This document shows positions 8,741 to 17,297 of a stretch of DNA of 64,000 nt, in pieces (the first letter of the stretch is position 1; each line of letters starts with the position of its first letter). The DNA comes from an uncultured Acidimicrobiia bacterium (GTDB lineage Bacteria > Actinomycetota > Acidimicrobiia > Spongiisociales > DATADW01), in NCBI GenBank assembly GCA_963826825.1, contig CAWGYV010000015.1, positions 11,339 to 75,338 of the forward strand. The letters are read 5' to 3'. Made by a program: the position numbers and the translations under genes. The notes beneath the pieces were generated by a model. It worked only from the letters and a program-made list of their open reading frames with translations, made no database searches and was not told the DNA's origin.

Positions 8741-8773
8741 CACGGGGGTTTCGCGGTTGAGCTTCCAGGATGT

Positions 8774-9553
8774 TCACGCCTGTGCTCGGACATAGGCGGC
8801 GACGGTGTCAGGGAAGTAATAGAGGAAATGTCCGATGCCGTCGATCACGTCGGGCACCGTGTCTCGGACCGCAGCTAGGCGGATCGAGATGTCGCGCATC
8901 GCCGGGATCGTCTTCGATCCGAAGGAGAAGCGGATATCTGCCGGGGCCGAAGCCAAAGCAGTCTCGTCGAGGGTCTCGAAGGTCAGGATGGGTATGTCGT
9001 CGAGCAGGAGCGTCTTGGCATTGCCCTCCTCCCGTGCGTCGTACCACGACCTCGATCGCGGCGCGTCGGTGGGCGCGTCAGGGGGTCGGTCCGTGGTCAG
9101 GGCTGCAGCGCGCAACATCGCCGCGTAGGCACCGGCCCAGTCATCAGGGTTCGAAGCGAGATGTTCTACGGCACCCTTGTGCAACCGCTGCTGAAGCTCG
9201 ACCGCCTCAGGGATCAAGCGGAGGTGCCCGGGCTCGTAGACGAGGGCGCGGTGGATGAGCTCGGGGTGTCGCAGCGCCAATTGGAGCGTGATGTTCCCAC
9301 TGGAGCTGTAACCAAGTGCCACAGCGGCGCTCAGGCCGAGCGCCTCTAGGAGCCCGGCGGCGTCATCGGCATGCTGGGCCGAGCCCCCGCCTGGCCAGTC
9401 ATCGACTCCGCTGCGCAGGGTCCCCCGGCGGTCGTAGGTGACCACCGTGAAGCCCGTGAGGCGCTCAGCGATGGGACGCCACCCCTCGGCGTCCTCGGCA
9501 CCGGCGTGGATCAGCAGCACCGTCGGGCCGGAACCACGGACCTCGGCGTACAA
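8774..9553 (-). CDS. alpha/beta hydrolase fold protein
   Basis: LYAEVRGSGPTVLLIHAGAEDAEGW...VVTYDRRGTLRS...LGYSSSGNITL. The 5' end is uncertain. The ORF is open to 9832, but everything above 9676 overlaps the upstream gene and translates as Arg/Pro junk. The only canonical in-frame start below 9676 is TTG at 9553. Confidence 0.7.
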   Translation of the reverse strand: MYAEVRGSGPTVLLIHAGAEDAEGWRPIAERLTGFTVVTYDRRGTLRSGVDDWPGGGSAQHADDAAGLLEALGLSAAVALGYSSSGNITLQLALRHPELIHRALVYEPGHLRLIPEAVELQQRLHKGAVEHLASNPDDWAGAYAAMLRAAALTTDRPPDAPTDAPRSRSWYDAREEGNAKTLLLDDIPILTFETLDETALASAPADIRFSFGSKTIPAMRDISIRLAAVRDTVPDVIDGIGHFLYYFPDTVAAYVRAQA

Positions 9554-9675
9554 GGTTGTTCCGTTTACCGGGACGCGAGCGATCCGCGGTGGGTCGGCGT
9601 CGGGTAGCGACTCGGGGTTTGTTCTGAGATCCGGCTCAGCGATGTCGCACCCCCGTTGGTGTCCTCGGCGTGGTC

Positions 9676-11439
9676 CTACCAGTACTCCTCGTAGTGGACG
9701 TTCCCTTTGACGCCGCGGCGGTCGATGGTGAAGCCCATCTCGTGGAGGATCTGGCACATCCCCACCGTTTCGGGGAACGTGGGCTCGTCGCCCTCCCATT
9801 CGGGTAGGCCGATCATGGCCGGGTTGCCACACAGGTAGACGTGGGTGGTGGCGGGGTCGAGGTCGGTCCCGAGCGCATCGGCCAGCGAACCCTCGGCGGC
9901 CAGCTCCTGGAGGTACCGCTTGGGAGCGCCGCCCGGGTCACGGGTTATGACCGGCAGGTAGTGGTAGTTGGGGTAACGCTCCTCGAGCCGGCGGTGCTCA
10001 TCGATGTAGGCGAGATCGTCGGGGTACCGCACGGACACCGCACCGAGGATTGGTCCGTAGTGGCCCTTGCGGAGCAGTTCCACCACCATGGCATTGTGCG
10101 GCGCCTCCCCTGTCCCGGTGGAGAGGAAGAGCACGGGGGCGGACGGGTCGTCAACCGCGTCGAGGGTGTATCGCCCCGCCATCTTCGGTCCCAGGTAGAC
10201 CCGGTCGCCGACACGTTTCAGGGCGAGGCGGGGGGTGAGACCGGGGATGCGATCGCCCTCCGGCGCCACCAGGACGATGTACAACTCGATCTCGTCCTCG
10301 TGGACCGGATCCACCATGTAGCCGCGGGTGTCGAACAACGGGCTCGAGATGGAGTAGGAGCGGCGGATCAGCTTCTCCCGGTTCGCCTCGGGGATACGGT
10401 CGTCCACGTCGTCGATGCGCGGCTCCCATGCCCCCATCCCGAGGGTGCAGTACTGCCCCACCCGCCACGGTGCCTGGCCGCCATCGGGACGGACCCTGAG
10501 CCGCCATAGCTCGTTGTGGGCGGTGTCGAAATGAGTGATGGTTGCGTTGTAGTGCTGGGCTCGTAGCTCCTCGACCCGGTGGGCGTCGATCCGCAGGATG
10601 TGCTGCGGCCCGGTCAGGTCGGGGAGGCTGGGGAAGCACGCCGCCCGGATCGCCTCCCATGCCCGCCCCGAGGGAACGAGGTGATCGAGTGCCGGCTCCA
10701 CAGCAGTGCTGTCCTCCAAGACGAACAGGCCATCCGGGACGGGCTCACCAGGTTCCAACAGCCCCTCGAGTGATGGATCGGAGGCGATGCCGAGAGCGAA
10801 GACGACGTGGTCAAACTGGAGGTCGGGGGTGCGGCGGTCCTCGAACACCGCCATCGGGTAACCGCCGACAGCGTCTATGGCCGACGGCTCGGACCGCCAG
10901 AGGACCGTGACCATCTGCTGGCGCTCCAGGTCGGAGAGGGTGCGGCGGGTCAACGACGAGAGATCGGCGAACTCCCCGGTGAAGCAGAGCACGACGCGGG
11001 CATCCCCTTCCACCAGTTCGAAAGCCGCCGCCGCGGCTCGCTCTCCCGGGCCGACGACAAGCACATCTAGGTCCCGAGCGGCCAGCCCCGAGGTCCGGAA
11101 GTGGATCCGCTCGTCGAGCGCCGCCGGGAGTTCGTACGGGGGCCGAAGGGGCGTCTCGGTGGTCCGCTCGGCAACCGCACACGCCGTCGCCTGGAAGGTG
11201 TCGGCCGCCGACTCGACGAGGACCGATCCATCGGGACCTCTCCCGATTCGTCGCAGCGGCGATTGGTAGCGGACGGTGAGCCCGTAGCGGCCGACGGCGT
11301 CCTGGGGCCGGACCGCGTCGCTCCCCTCGAGCACCAACACCCTCTCCAGCCCGGCGTGCTCCGCCTCGACGGCAAGCGAGAGCGCCGCCGGCGTGCCTCC
11401 GGCGACGATCAGGTCATACGACGCCACCACGGAGTTCAC
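9676..11439 (-). CDS. two-domain flavoenzyme: N-terminal FAD/NAD(P)-binding Rossmann oxidoreductase-like region fused to a C-terminal Fpr-type ferredoxin-NADP+ reductase
   Basis: N-terminal part: YDLIVAGGTPAALSLA and VLVVGPGERAAAAAFEL. C-terminal part: RSYSISSP (RxYS FAD motif), LFLSTGTGEAPHNAM, VYLCGNPAMI, and terminal ...HYEEYW as in E. coli Fpr. GTG at 11439 overlaps the ligD TGA (GTGA). Confidence 0.8.
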   Translation of the reverse strand: MNSVVASYDLIVAGGTPAALSLAVEAEHAGLERVLVLEGSDAVRPQDAVGRYGLTVRYQSPLRRIGRGPDGSVLVESAADTFQATACAVAERTTETPLRPPYELPAALDERIHFRTSGLAARDLDVLVVGPGERAAAAAFELVEGDARVVLCFTGEFADLSSLTRRTLSDLERQQMVTVLWRSEPSAIDAVGGYPMAVFEDRRTPDLQFDHVVFALGIASDPSLEGLLEPGEPVPDGLFVLEDSTAVEPALDHLVPSGRAWEAIRAACFPSLPDLTGPQHILRIDAHRVEELRAQHYNATITHFDTAHNELWRLRVRPDGGQAPWRVGQYCTLGMGAWEPRIDDVDDRIPEANREKLIRRSYSISSPLFDTRGYMVDPVHEDEIELYIVLVAPEGDRIPGLTPRLALKRVGDRVYLGPKMAGRYTLDAVDDPSAPVLFLSTGTGEAPHNAMVVELLRKGHYGPILGAVSVRYPDDLAYIDEHRRLEERYPNYHYLPVITRDPGGAPKRYLQELAAEGSLADALGTDLDPATTHVYLCGNPAMIGLPEWEGDEPTFPETVGMCQILHEMGFTIDRRGVKGNVHYEEYW

Positions 11440-12929
11440 GGACCCGGCGACGCCCCCACGGTGGCCAGGTCCTCGAACCGGCACTCGCGGGGGTCTTTGT
11501 CGTCACGTAACCCCTTGAACGAAGGAGCGCGCAGCCGCCCAGCATCGGTGAGTTGGCGGTACTCGACCGTCGCCACCAAATCGGGCTCCACCCATCGGAC
11601 CTGGCGCACCTGGGGGACCGCCCTTCGCTCGACGGCGTCGAGCACCGGCTCTTTCCGTTCGCGGGTTGCCAACTCGGACAACACCGCAGCGAGCGAATCG
11701 CGGTTGAACCCGGTGCCGACGTTGCCGACGTAACGGAGCCGCTCACCGGCGTAGGCACCGAGCACCAGCGATCCGATCGTACCCGACCGGTTGCCGGCCC
11801 CCGGTCGCCACCCGAGCACAACGACATCGGCGTCGAGCACCGTCTTGATCTTCACCCAGTCGGGCGAGCGGCGACCCGGGTGGTAGCGCGAGTCGATGCG
11901 CTTCGCCATCACGCCCTCCAAACCCTGCGCCATCGCCGCTTCGTAGAGCGCCCTTCCCGAGCCGGCCACGACCGGAGACACCTGGAGTGTGTTCGACGGA
12001 ACGACGATCTCCCCGAGCAATCGCTGTCTCTCGGTGAGAGGACGAGCGGTCAGGTCCTCCCCGTCGAGGTAGAGCAGGTCAAAAGCCATGTAGGTCACAG
12101 GGGCCGACCGGGAGGCCCGCTCGACATCGGCCGGTCTGCGGAGGTGCATGCGGTGCTGCAGCGCCTGGAACGAAGGGATCCCGTTCTCCAGGGCGATGAC
12201 CTCACCGTCGAGCATGGCACTTGTCGCCACCAGCCGGTCGTAGAGCCCCGCCAACTCGGGATAGGCGACGGTGACATCGTGGCGGTTGCGCGATACCAGC
12301 CGGGTCTCGTGGGTGCAGGTCGCGATGGCGCGGATGCCGTCCCACTTCGGCTCGAAGCTCCATCCCGGGTCGTCGAATGCGTCGTCACCGAGGGTGGCCA
12401 GCATGGGCTCCGGTGGCGGGAATGGCGCCGGCGGGGGGCGGAGATCCTCGGAGAGGATGGCGAGCCACTGCTCCTTCCCCTGCTCGGTGCCGGTCCGGAT
12501 GAGGTGCCATATGCCGCGCAGCCGCTCTCCCTCCAACCGGAACGTGAGTTTCCCCGGTTCGCGGTCGAGCATCTCGTAGTCGCCCCGGTCGAAGATCCGG
12601 ACCTCCCCACCCCCGTATTCACCTTTCGGGATCGACCCGGAAAACGTGCGGTACTCCCAGGGGTGGTCCTCGACGTGGATGGCGAGGGTGCGTACGCCCG
12701 AGCGCAGTGGGAGGCCCTTGGGCACCGCCCAGCTCACCAGGACAGGGGTGTCGCCGTTGAGCATCTCCAGCCTGACGTCGTGGTGGAGACGTGTCGCATA
12801 GTGCTGCTGGATGACGAAGTGGTTCCCAGGGTTCGCAACCGCGGGATCGACATCCCCGGCGAAGGAACCGGGCGGCTCCGGTGTGCGCTCGAAGCTGCGC
12901 TTGCGGTCGTACTCAGAAGCCTTGGCCAT
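11436..12929 (-). CDS. ligD: ATP-dependent DNA ligase LigD, 3'-phosphoesterase plus ligase domains (no polymerase domain)
   Basis: N-terminal phosphoesterase signature FVIQQHYATRLHHDVRLE...WAVPKG. Ligase motif I EPKWDGIRA. 497 aa is too short to include a primase-polymerase domain. Confidence 0.88.
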   Translation of the reverse strand: MAKASEYDRKRSFERTPEPPGSFAGDVDPAVANPGNHFVIQQHYATRLHHDVRLEMLNGDTPVLVSWAVPKGLPLRSGVRTLAIHVEDHPWEYRTFSGSIPKGEYGGGEVRIFDRGDYEMLDREPGKLTFRLEGERLRGIWHLIRTGTEQGKEQWLAILSEDLRPPPAPFPPPEPMLATLGDDAFDDPGWSFEPKWDGIRAIATCTHETRLVSRNRHDVTVAYPELAGLYDRLVATSAMLDGEVIALENGIPSFQALQHRMHLRRPADVERASRSAPVTYMAFDLLYLDGEDLTARPLTERQRLLGEIVVPSNTLQVSPVVAGSGRALYEAAMAQGLEGVMAKRIDSRYHPGRRSPDWVKIKTVLDADVVVLGWRPGAGNRSGTIGSLVLGAYAGERLRYVGNVGTGFNRDSLAAVLSELATRERKEPVLDAVERRAVPQVRQVRWVEPDLVATVEYRQLTDAGRLRAPSFKGLRDDKDPRECRFEDLATVGASPGP

Positions 12930-12957
12930 CAGGCCCGTGCCCGCCCGCTGTCACGGG

Positions 12958-13665
12958 TCACTTCGCCGCCGCCCGCGCCTTGGCCAGCTGCTCCTTCTTC
13001 TGATCGATTCGCCGCTGCGCCGAGTCGACGGCCCGCTGGGCCTGGTCGGCGTGCCGGCGCGCCTCCTTGGCCTCCTTCTGGAGCGAAGACATCTCTCCCT
13101 CGAGCTGAGCCACCTCCTCGGTCAGGGCGGCGATCCGGGCATCTGCCTTGCTGGGCCGGGGCGGCCGAGGCTCGGATGGCGGAGCGGCTGTCAACGCGAC
13201 CTCGCCAAATCCCGAAAGCTCCAGCTCGGCGGTGAGCCTGCCGTCACGCAGCGCCTCTTCGGCGGAGGGGTCGGAGGCGGTGGCGAGCAAGGTCCGGGCC
13301 ATCCGTTCCCTGGTCGATTCGGCCGCGCCCAGCCCCGCCTCTTCGAGGAGCTCTGCGGCCCGGTCCACCAGTTCCCGCACCACACGAAGGCGCTCGTCCG
13401 ATGCCTCCCTCATGTCGGCGACCGACCCCGCACCTCTGAGCGAGTCGTTCGCCTTCCCGAGGGCCTTGATCAGGTCGGGAGCCTCGCGAGCCAACTGGTC
13501 GAGGCCCCACACCACCGTCGTCGGCTTGCGGAGCCCCGCCACCTCGGCGGCCTCGGTCTCGTTGCCATCGGCTCGCAGTTCCTTGGCGATCCTGTTGCGC
13601 GTGGTGACGAACTCGTCCAACGGGGCGCCAAACAACTCCGCAAGGCGGTCGGTCATCACCGACAC
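12958..13665 (-). CDS. hypothetical protein, helical N-terminal domain plus Pro-rich linker plus C-terminal coiled coil
   Basis: 235-aa ORF with good coding character. C-terminus is heptad-like (IAALTEEVAQLEGEMSSLQKEAKEARRHADQAQRAVDSAQRRIDQKKEQLAKARAAAK). First gene of the ligD operon. Alternative starts at 13659 and 13656. Confidence 0.65.
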   Translation of the reverse strand: MSVMTDRLAELFGAPLDEFVTTRNRIAKELRADGNETEAAEVAGLRKPTTVVWGLDQLAREAPDLIKALGKANDSLRGAGSVADMREASDERLRVVRELVDRAAELLEEAGLGAAESTRERMARTLLATASDPSAEEALRDGRLTAELELSGFGEVALTAAPPSEPRPPRPSKADARIAALTEEVAQLEGEMSSLQKEAKEARRHADQAQRAVDSAQRRIDQKKEQLAKARAAAK

Positions 13666-13740
13666 GCTATCCGGCTCGCTGGCCCTAGTGGGCTGCGCGT
13701 TCGGCGGTCGTCCCGGGCGTCCCGGTTAGCCTCGACCGAC

Positions 13741-15657
13741 GTGCCCAAAGCCACCGCCGATCCGGCTCCGCTCCAGCTGACCGACGACGACCTGTTCCTC
13801 TTCAACGAGGGGAACCATTTCCGCCTCTACGACAAGTTTGGCGCCCACCTTGGTGCTCGAAAGGGCGTGGATGGAGCCTTCTTCACCGTGTGGGCGCCGG
13901 ACGCCGAGTACGTGTCGGTGATCGGCGAGTTCAACGAATGGGAACCGGGCGACAATCCGCTCGCCGTGAAGGGCGACTCCGGGATCTGGACGGGGTTCGT
14001 GGCCGGGGTTGGCGAGGGTCACACGTACAAGTACCACGTCGCATCGCGCCACCGCGGCTACCGGGTGGACAAGGCAGACCCGTTCGCCTTCGACAACGAA
14101 GTGCCGCCGGCAACGTCGTCTGTGGTGCGCGACCTGGCCTACCAGTGGGGCGACCAGAGTTGGATGACCGCCCGAACCAGGCGGGACATGCGGAGGGATC
14201 CGGTGGCGATCTACGAGGTCCATCTCGGCTCGTGGATGCGCGACGTCGACAACCGCCCGTTGGGCTACCTCGAGGTGGCCGATCGCATGGTCGAACATCT
14301 CGACAACCTTCATTTCACCCACGTCGAGTTCCTCCCCGTCATGGAGCACCCGTATGAGGGCTCCTGGGGGTACCAGTCGCTCGGATATTTCGCACCGACG
14401 GCTCGCTTCGGACCCCCGCAGGACTTCATGACGCTGGTCGACCGTCTCCACCAGGCCGGTTACGGGGTGATCTTGGACTGGGTTCCGTCGCACTTCGCGG
14501 TCGATCTCCACGGACTGGTCTACTTCGACGGAACCCATCTCTACGAGCATGCCGATCCCCGCCAGGGGTTTCACCCCGATTGGGGCACCTTCATCTTCAA
14601 CTACGGGCGCAACGAAGTCCGGAGCTTCCTCATCTCGTCGGCGCTCTTCTGGCTGGACCGGTATCACGTGGACGGGCTGCGGGTCGACGCCGTCGCCTCG
14701 ATGCTCTACCTGGACTATTCGCGACCCGCCGGACAGTGGATCCCCAACCGCTACGGGGGCAACGAGAACCTGGAGTCGATCGACTTCCTCCGCAAGCTCA
14801 ACGAGGCGGTCTACGAGTCGTACCCGGGGGTGGAGACGTTCGCCGAGGAGTCAACCGCCTGGCCCGGGGTGTCGCGACCGACATATCTGGGAGGGCTCGG
14901 GTTCGGGTTCAAGTGGGACATGGGGTGGATGCACGACACGCTCGACTACCTGAGCCGCGACCCGGTGTTCCGCAGCCATCACCACACCGAGCTCACCTTC
15001 CGCGGGCTGTATGCGTGGACCGAGAACTACTGCCTGCCGCTCAGTCACGACGAGGTGGTGCACGGCAAGCGCTCGCTGCTGGAGAAGATGCCCGGCGACG
15101 ACTGGCAGAAGTTCGCCAACCTGCGACTGCTCTTCGTGAGCCAGTTCGCCCAATCGGGTAAGAAGCTTCTCTTCATGGGTGCCGAGATCGGCCAACGGCG
15201 CGAGTGGAACCATTCGATCGGGGTCGACTGGCACCTCCGCCAGTTCGCGGCGCACGCCGGCGTCGAGCGTCTCGTGGCGGACCTGTGCCGGGTCTATCGC
15301 GACGAACCTGCGCTGCACGTCCTCGATTGCGACGCCGCCGGCTTCGAGTGGATCGAGGCCAACGACTGGCAGGGCAGCACCCTCGCCTTCCTCCGCAAGG
15401 ACGATGGCGACGAGATCGTGCTGGTCGTGCTCAACGCCACACCCGTGCCCCGGTACAACTACCGGGTCGGCGTACCCAGGGACGGGACCTGGACCGAGAT
15501 CCTCAACAGCGATGCCCTCATCTACGGCGGGAGCGGGCACGGCAACCTCGGCGAGGTCGAAGCGGTCCCCAACGGGACACACGGGCGACCCTTCTCGATC
15601 GGGCTCACGCTGCCCCCCCTTGCCGGGGTGATGCTGCGCAACCGCCCCGCTCCGTGA
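13741..15657 (+). CDS. glgB: 1,4-alpha-glucan branching enzyme (GH13), short form
   Basis: GH13 conserved regions DWVPSHF, GLRVDAVASMLY, FAEESTAWPG and LSHDEVVHGK. GTG at 13741 is the first in-frame start not overlapping the opposite-strand gene. Confidence 0.9.
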   Translation: MPKATADPAPLQLTDDDLFLFNEGNHFRLYDKFGAHLGARKGVDGAFFTVWAPDAEYVSVIGEFNEWEPGDNPLAVKGDSGIWTGFVAGVGEGHTYKYHVASRHRGYRVDKADPFAFDNEVPPATSSVVRDLAYQWGDQSWMTARTRRDMRRDPVAIYEVHLGSWMRDVDNRPLGYLEVADRMVEHLDNLHFTHVEFLPVMEHPYEGSWGYQSLGYFAPTARFGPPQDFMTLVDRLHQAGYGVILDWVPSHFAVDLHGLVYFDGTHLYEHADPRQGFHPDWGTFIFNYGRNEVRSFLISSALFWLDRYHVDGLRVDAVASMLYLDYSRPAGQWIPNRYGGNENLESIDFLRKLNEAVYESYPGVETFAEESTAWPGVSRPTYLGGLGFGFKWDMGWMHDTLDYLSRDPVFRSHHHTELTFRGLYAWTENYCLPLSHDEVVHGKRSLLEKMPGDDWQKFANLRLLFVSQFAQSGKKLLFMGAEIGQRREWNHSIGVDWHLRQFAAHAGVERLVADLCRVYRDEPALHVLDCDAAGFEWIEANDWQGSTLAFLRKDDGDEIVLVVLNATPVPRYNYRVGVPRDGTWTEILNSDALIYGGSGHGNLGEVEAVPNGTHGRPFSIGLTLPPLAGVMLRNRPAP

Positions 15658-16713
15658 GCTTGAAGTCCCGGCTGGTGGAGCGGATCCGATCCGAGGGCCC
15701 GATCGGGTTCGACGCATTCATGGAGATGGCGCTCTACGACCCCCAGGGTGGGTATTTCACCACGGGTCCGCTTCGGTCGGTTAAGGCGGGGGATTTCCTC
15801 ACCAGCCCCGAGGTGAGCGTCATGTTCGGTGAGACGCTGGCGGTGTTCGTCGAGACCGAGCGCCGCCGGCTGGGCGACCCGCCAGAGTTCACGCTGGTCG
15901 AAGTCGGGGCGGGATCAGGCTCGTTGCTGGCCCCGTTGCTCGCCGCATTGGACGGGGCGGTGGAGTCCTGGGCGGTCGAGGCTTCCCCAGCGGCGCGCCG
16001 CGCCCTCGAGGAGGTGGTGCCGGGGAGGGTGGTGGACTCCCTGGAGCAACTGCCGCAGGAGTCCATCGGCGTGGTGATCGCCAATGAGTTGCTCGACAAC
16101 CTCCCCAGCTCCATGGCGGTGCGGACCGCGACCGGATGGGATGAGCGACTCGTCGGGGAGGCCGACGCCACCCTGGTTGGGGTGACGGCACCGGCCAGGG
16201 CCGAGGTGGCGTCATGGGCAGACCGTTTCGCCGGACCCGCCCCGGTCGGTTCGATCGTCGAGGTGCAACTGGCGGCGGGAGAGTGGCTGGGCTCGGCGTT
16301 GCAAACTGCTCGAGCATGGCGCCGTGGTGGTGATCGACTACGGCGACAGCGCCGACGGACTGGCGCCGCGCCGGGCCCAGGGCACGATTCGGACCTATCG
16401 CGCCCACCACATCGGTCCCGACCCGCTCGAAGAGCCCGGGGACACCGACATCACCGCGGACGTCAACTTCACCGCCCTTGCGGAGGTGGCGGCGAAGGAA
16501 GGTGCCACAGTCGAGATCCATCGCCAGGACGACTTCCTTGCCGATCTCGGATTGCGCGCCCGTCTCAGCGAGTTGCGTCACGAGGAACTCGACCTGGCAC
16601 GCACCGATGATTCCCTCGCCCGGCTCGGCGTCAGGTCGCGCCGCACTGAGGCGGAAACCCTTCTCCACCCACGGGGCCTGGGCGACTTCAAGGTCATGGT
16701 CGTACGCAAATGA
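15654..16713 (+). pseudogene. MidA/NDUFAF7-family (DUF185) SAM-dependent methyltransferase with one frameshift
   Basis: GTG at 15654 overlaps the glgB TGA (GTGA). N-terminal part (FLTSPEVSVMFGE, LVEVGAGSGSL) is in the frame of ORF 15204..16610. After about 16295-16310 the sequence continues in the frame of ORF 16324..16713 (VVVIDYGD...TYRAHH...DITADVNFT). Confidence 0.8.
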
Positions 16714-17252
16714 GGGTCCAGCCGACCGAGGGGGAACCAGTCTGGCGGTATCGGCGTCCCATGGGCATGAGGAGGTTGGTCATCGTTCTTGCGCTCGGTT
16801 GGGCACTCACCGCATGCGGCGCTGGAGATCTCGCCGGCCCTACGCTCACCGGTGAGGAGACGACCACGACCGAAAACTCTGCTGAGCCGCCACCCACCAC
16901 GGAACGCCCCACTCCCAGCCTTCCCCCCAAGTCGACCCTTCCCACCGTTGTGACCAGCAGCACCCTCGGTGTGACCGGCGAGGTGCCGGCGCGCTTCCTC
17001 GATCCGGTGGTGGCCGACGCCGCGGCTCGCGCGGACGTGGAGGAGTCTTCTGTTGTGGTACTCACCGCCGCAGCCATGCAGTGGCCCGACGGCTCGCTGG
17101 GCTGTCCCGAGCCCGGCGTCATGTACACCCAGGCGGTCGTCGACGGGTCGCAGATCGTGGTCGAGGCGGGTGGGGCGACCTACGACTACCGACTCGACGG
17201 GAGCGGCAACTTCAAGCTTTGTAAGTCGCCTGTCGGGAAGCTGAGCCCTTGA
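16710..17252 (+). CDS. secreted lipoprotein of unknown function, with a Cys-pair C-terminal domain
   Basis: Signal peptide and lipobox MRRLVIVLALGWALTAC, then a Thr/Pro-rich linker, then the domain WPDGSLGCPEPGVMYTQAVVDGSQIVVEAGGATYDYRLDGSGNFKLC. ATG at 16710 overlaps the midA stop (ATGA). ATG at 16761 or 16767 are alternatives that give a cleaner signal peptide. Confidence 0.75.
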   Translation: MRVQPTEGEPVWRYRRPMGMRRLVIVLALGWALTACGAGDLAGPTLTGEETTTTENSAEPPPTTERPTPSLPPKSTLPTVVTSSTLGVTGEVPARFLDPVVADAAARADVEESSVVVLTAAAMQWPDGSLGCPEPGVMYTQAVVDGSQIVVEAGGATYDYRLDGSGNFKLCKSPVGKLSP

Positions 17253-17257
17253 GTCTC

Positions 17258-17285
17258 GTGGCGGGGACGACGGCGCCCCCGCCAC
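17258..17285. terminator. hairpin between convergent genes (9-bp GC stem)
   Basis: GTGGCGGGG (17258-17266) pairs with CCCCGCCAC (17277-17285) across a 10-nt loop. Lies between the stops at 17252 (+) and 17298 (-). Confidence 0.6.
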
Positions 17286-17297
17286 GAAGCGGTTCGC

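Noticed and set aside
9554-9832. Upstream ATG starts (9799, 9832) for the alpha/beta hydrolase
   Set aside because: They would overlap the FNR-fusion gene by more than 120 nt, and the extra residues are Arg/Pro junk (out-of-frame FNR sequence). The true start stays uncertain, because the conserved VNGTTL strand lies upstream of the only canonical start (TTG 9553).
12811-13740. 310-codon 5' extension of the glgB ORF
   Set aside because: It overlaps ligD and the coiled-coil gene on the opposite strand and is low-complexity Arg/Leu/Gly. GH13 homology begins only after GTG 13741.
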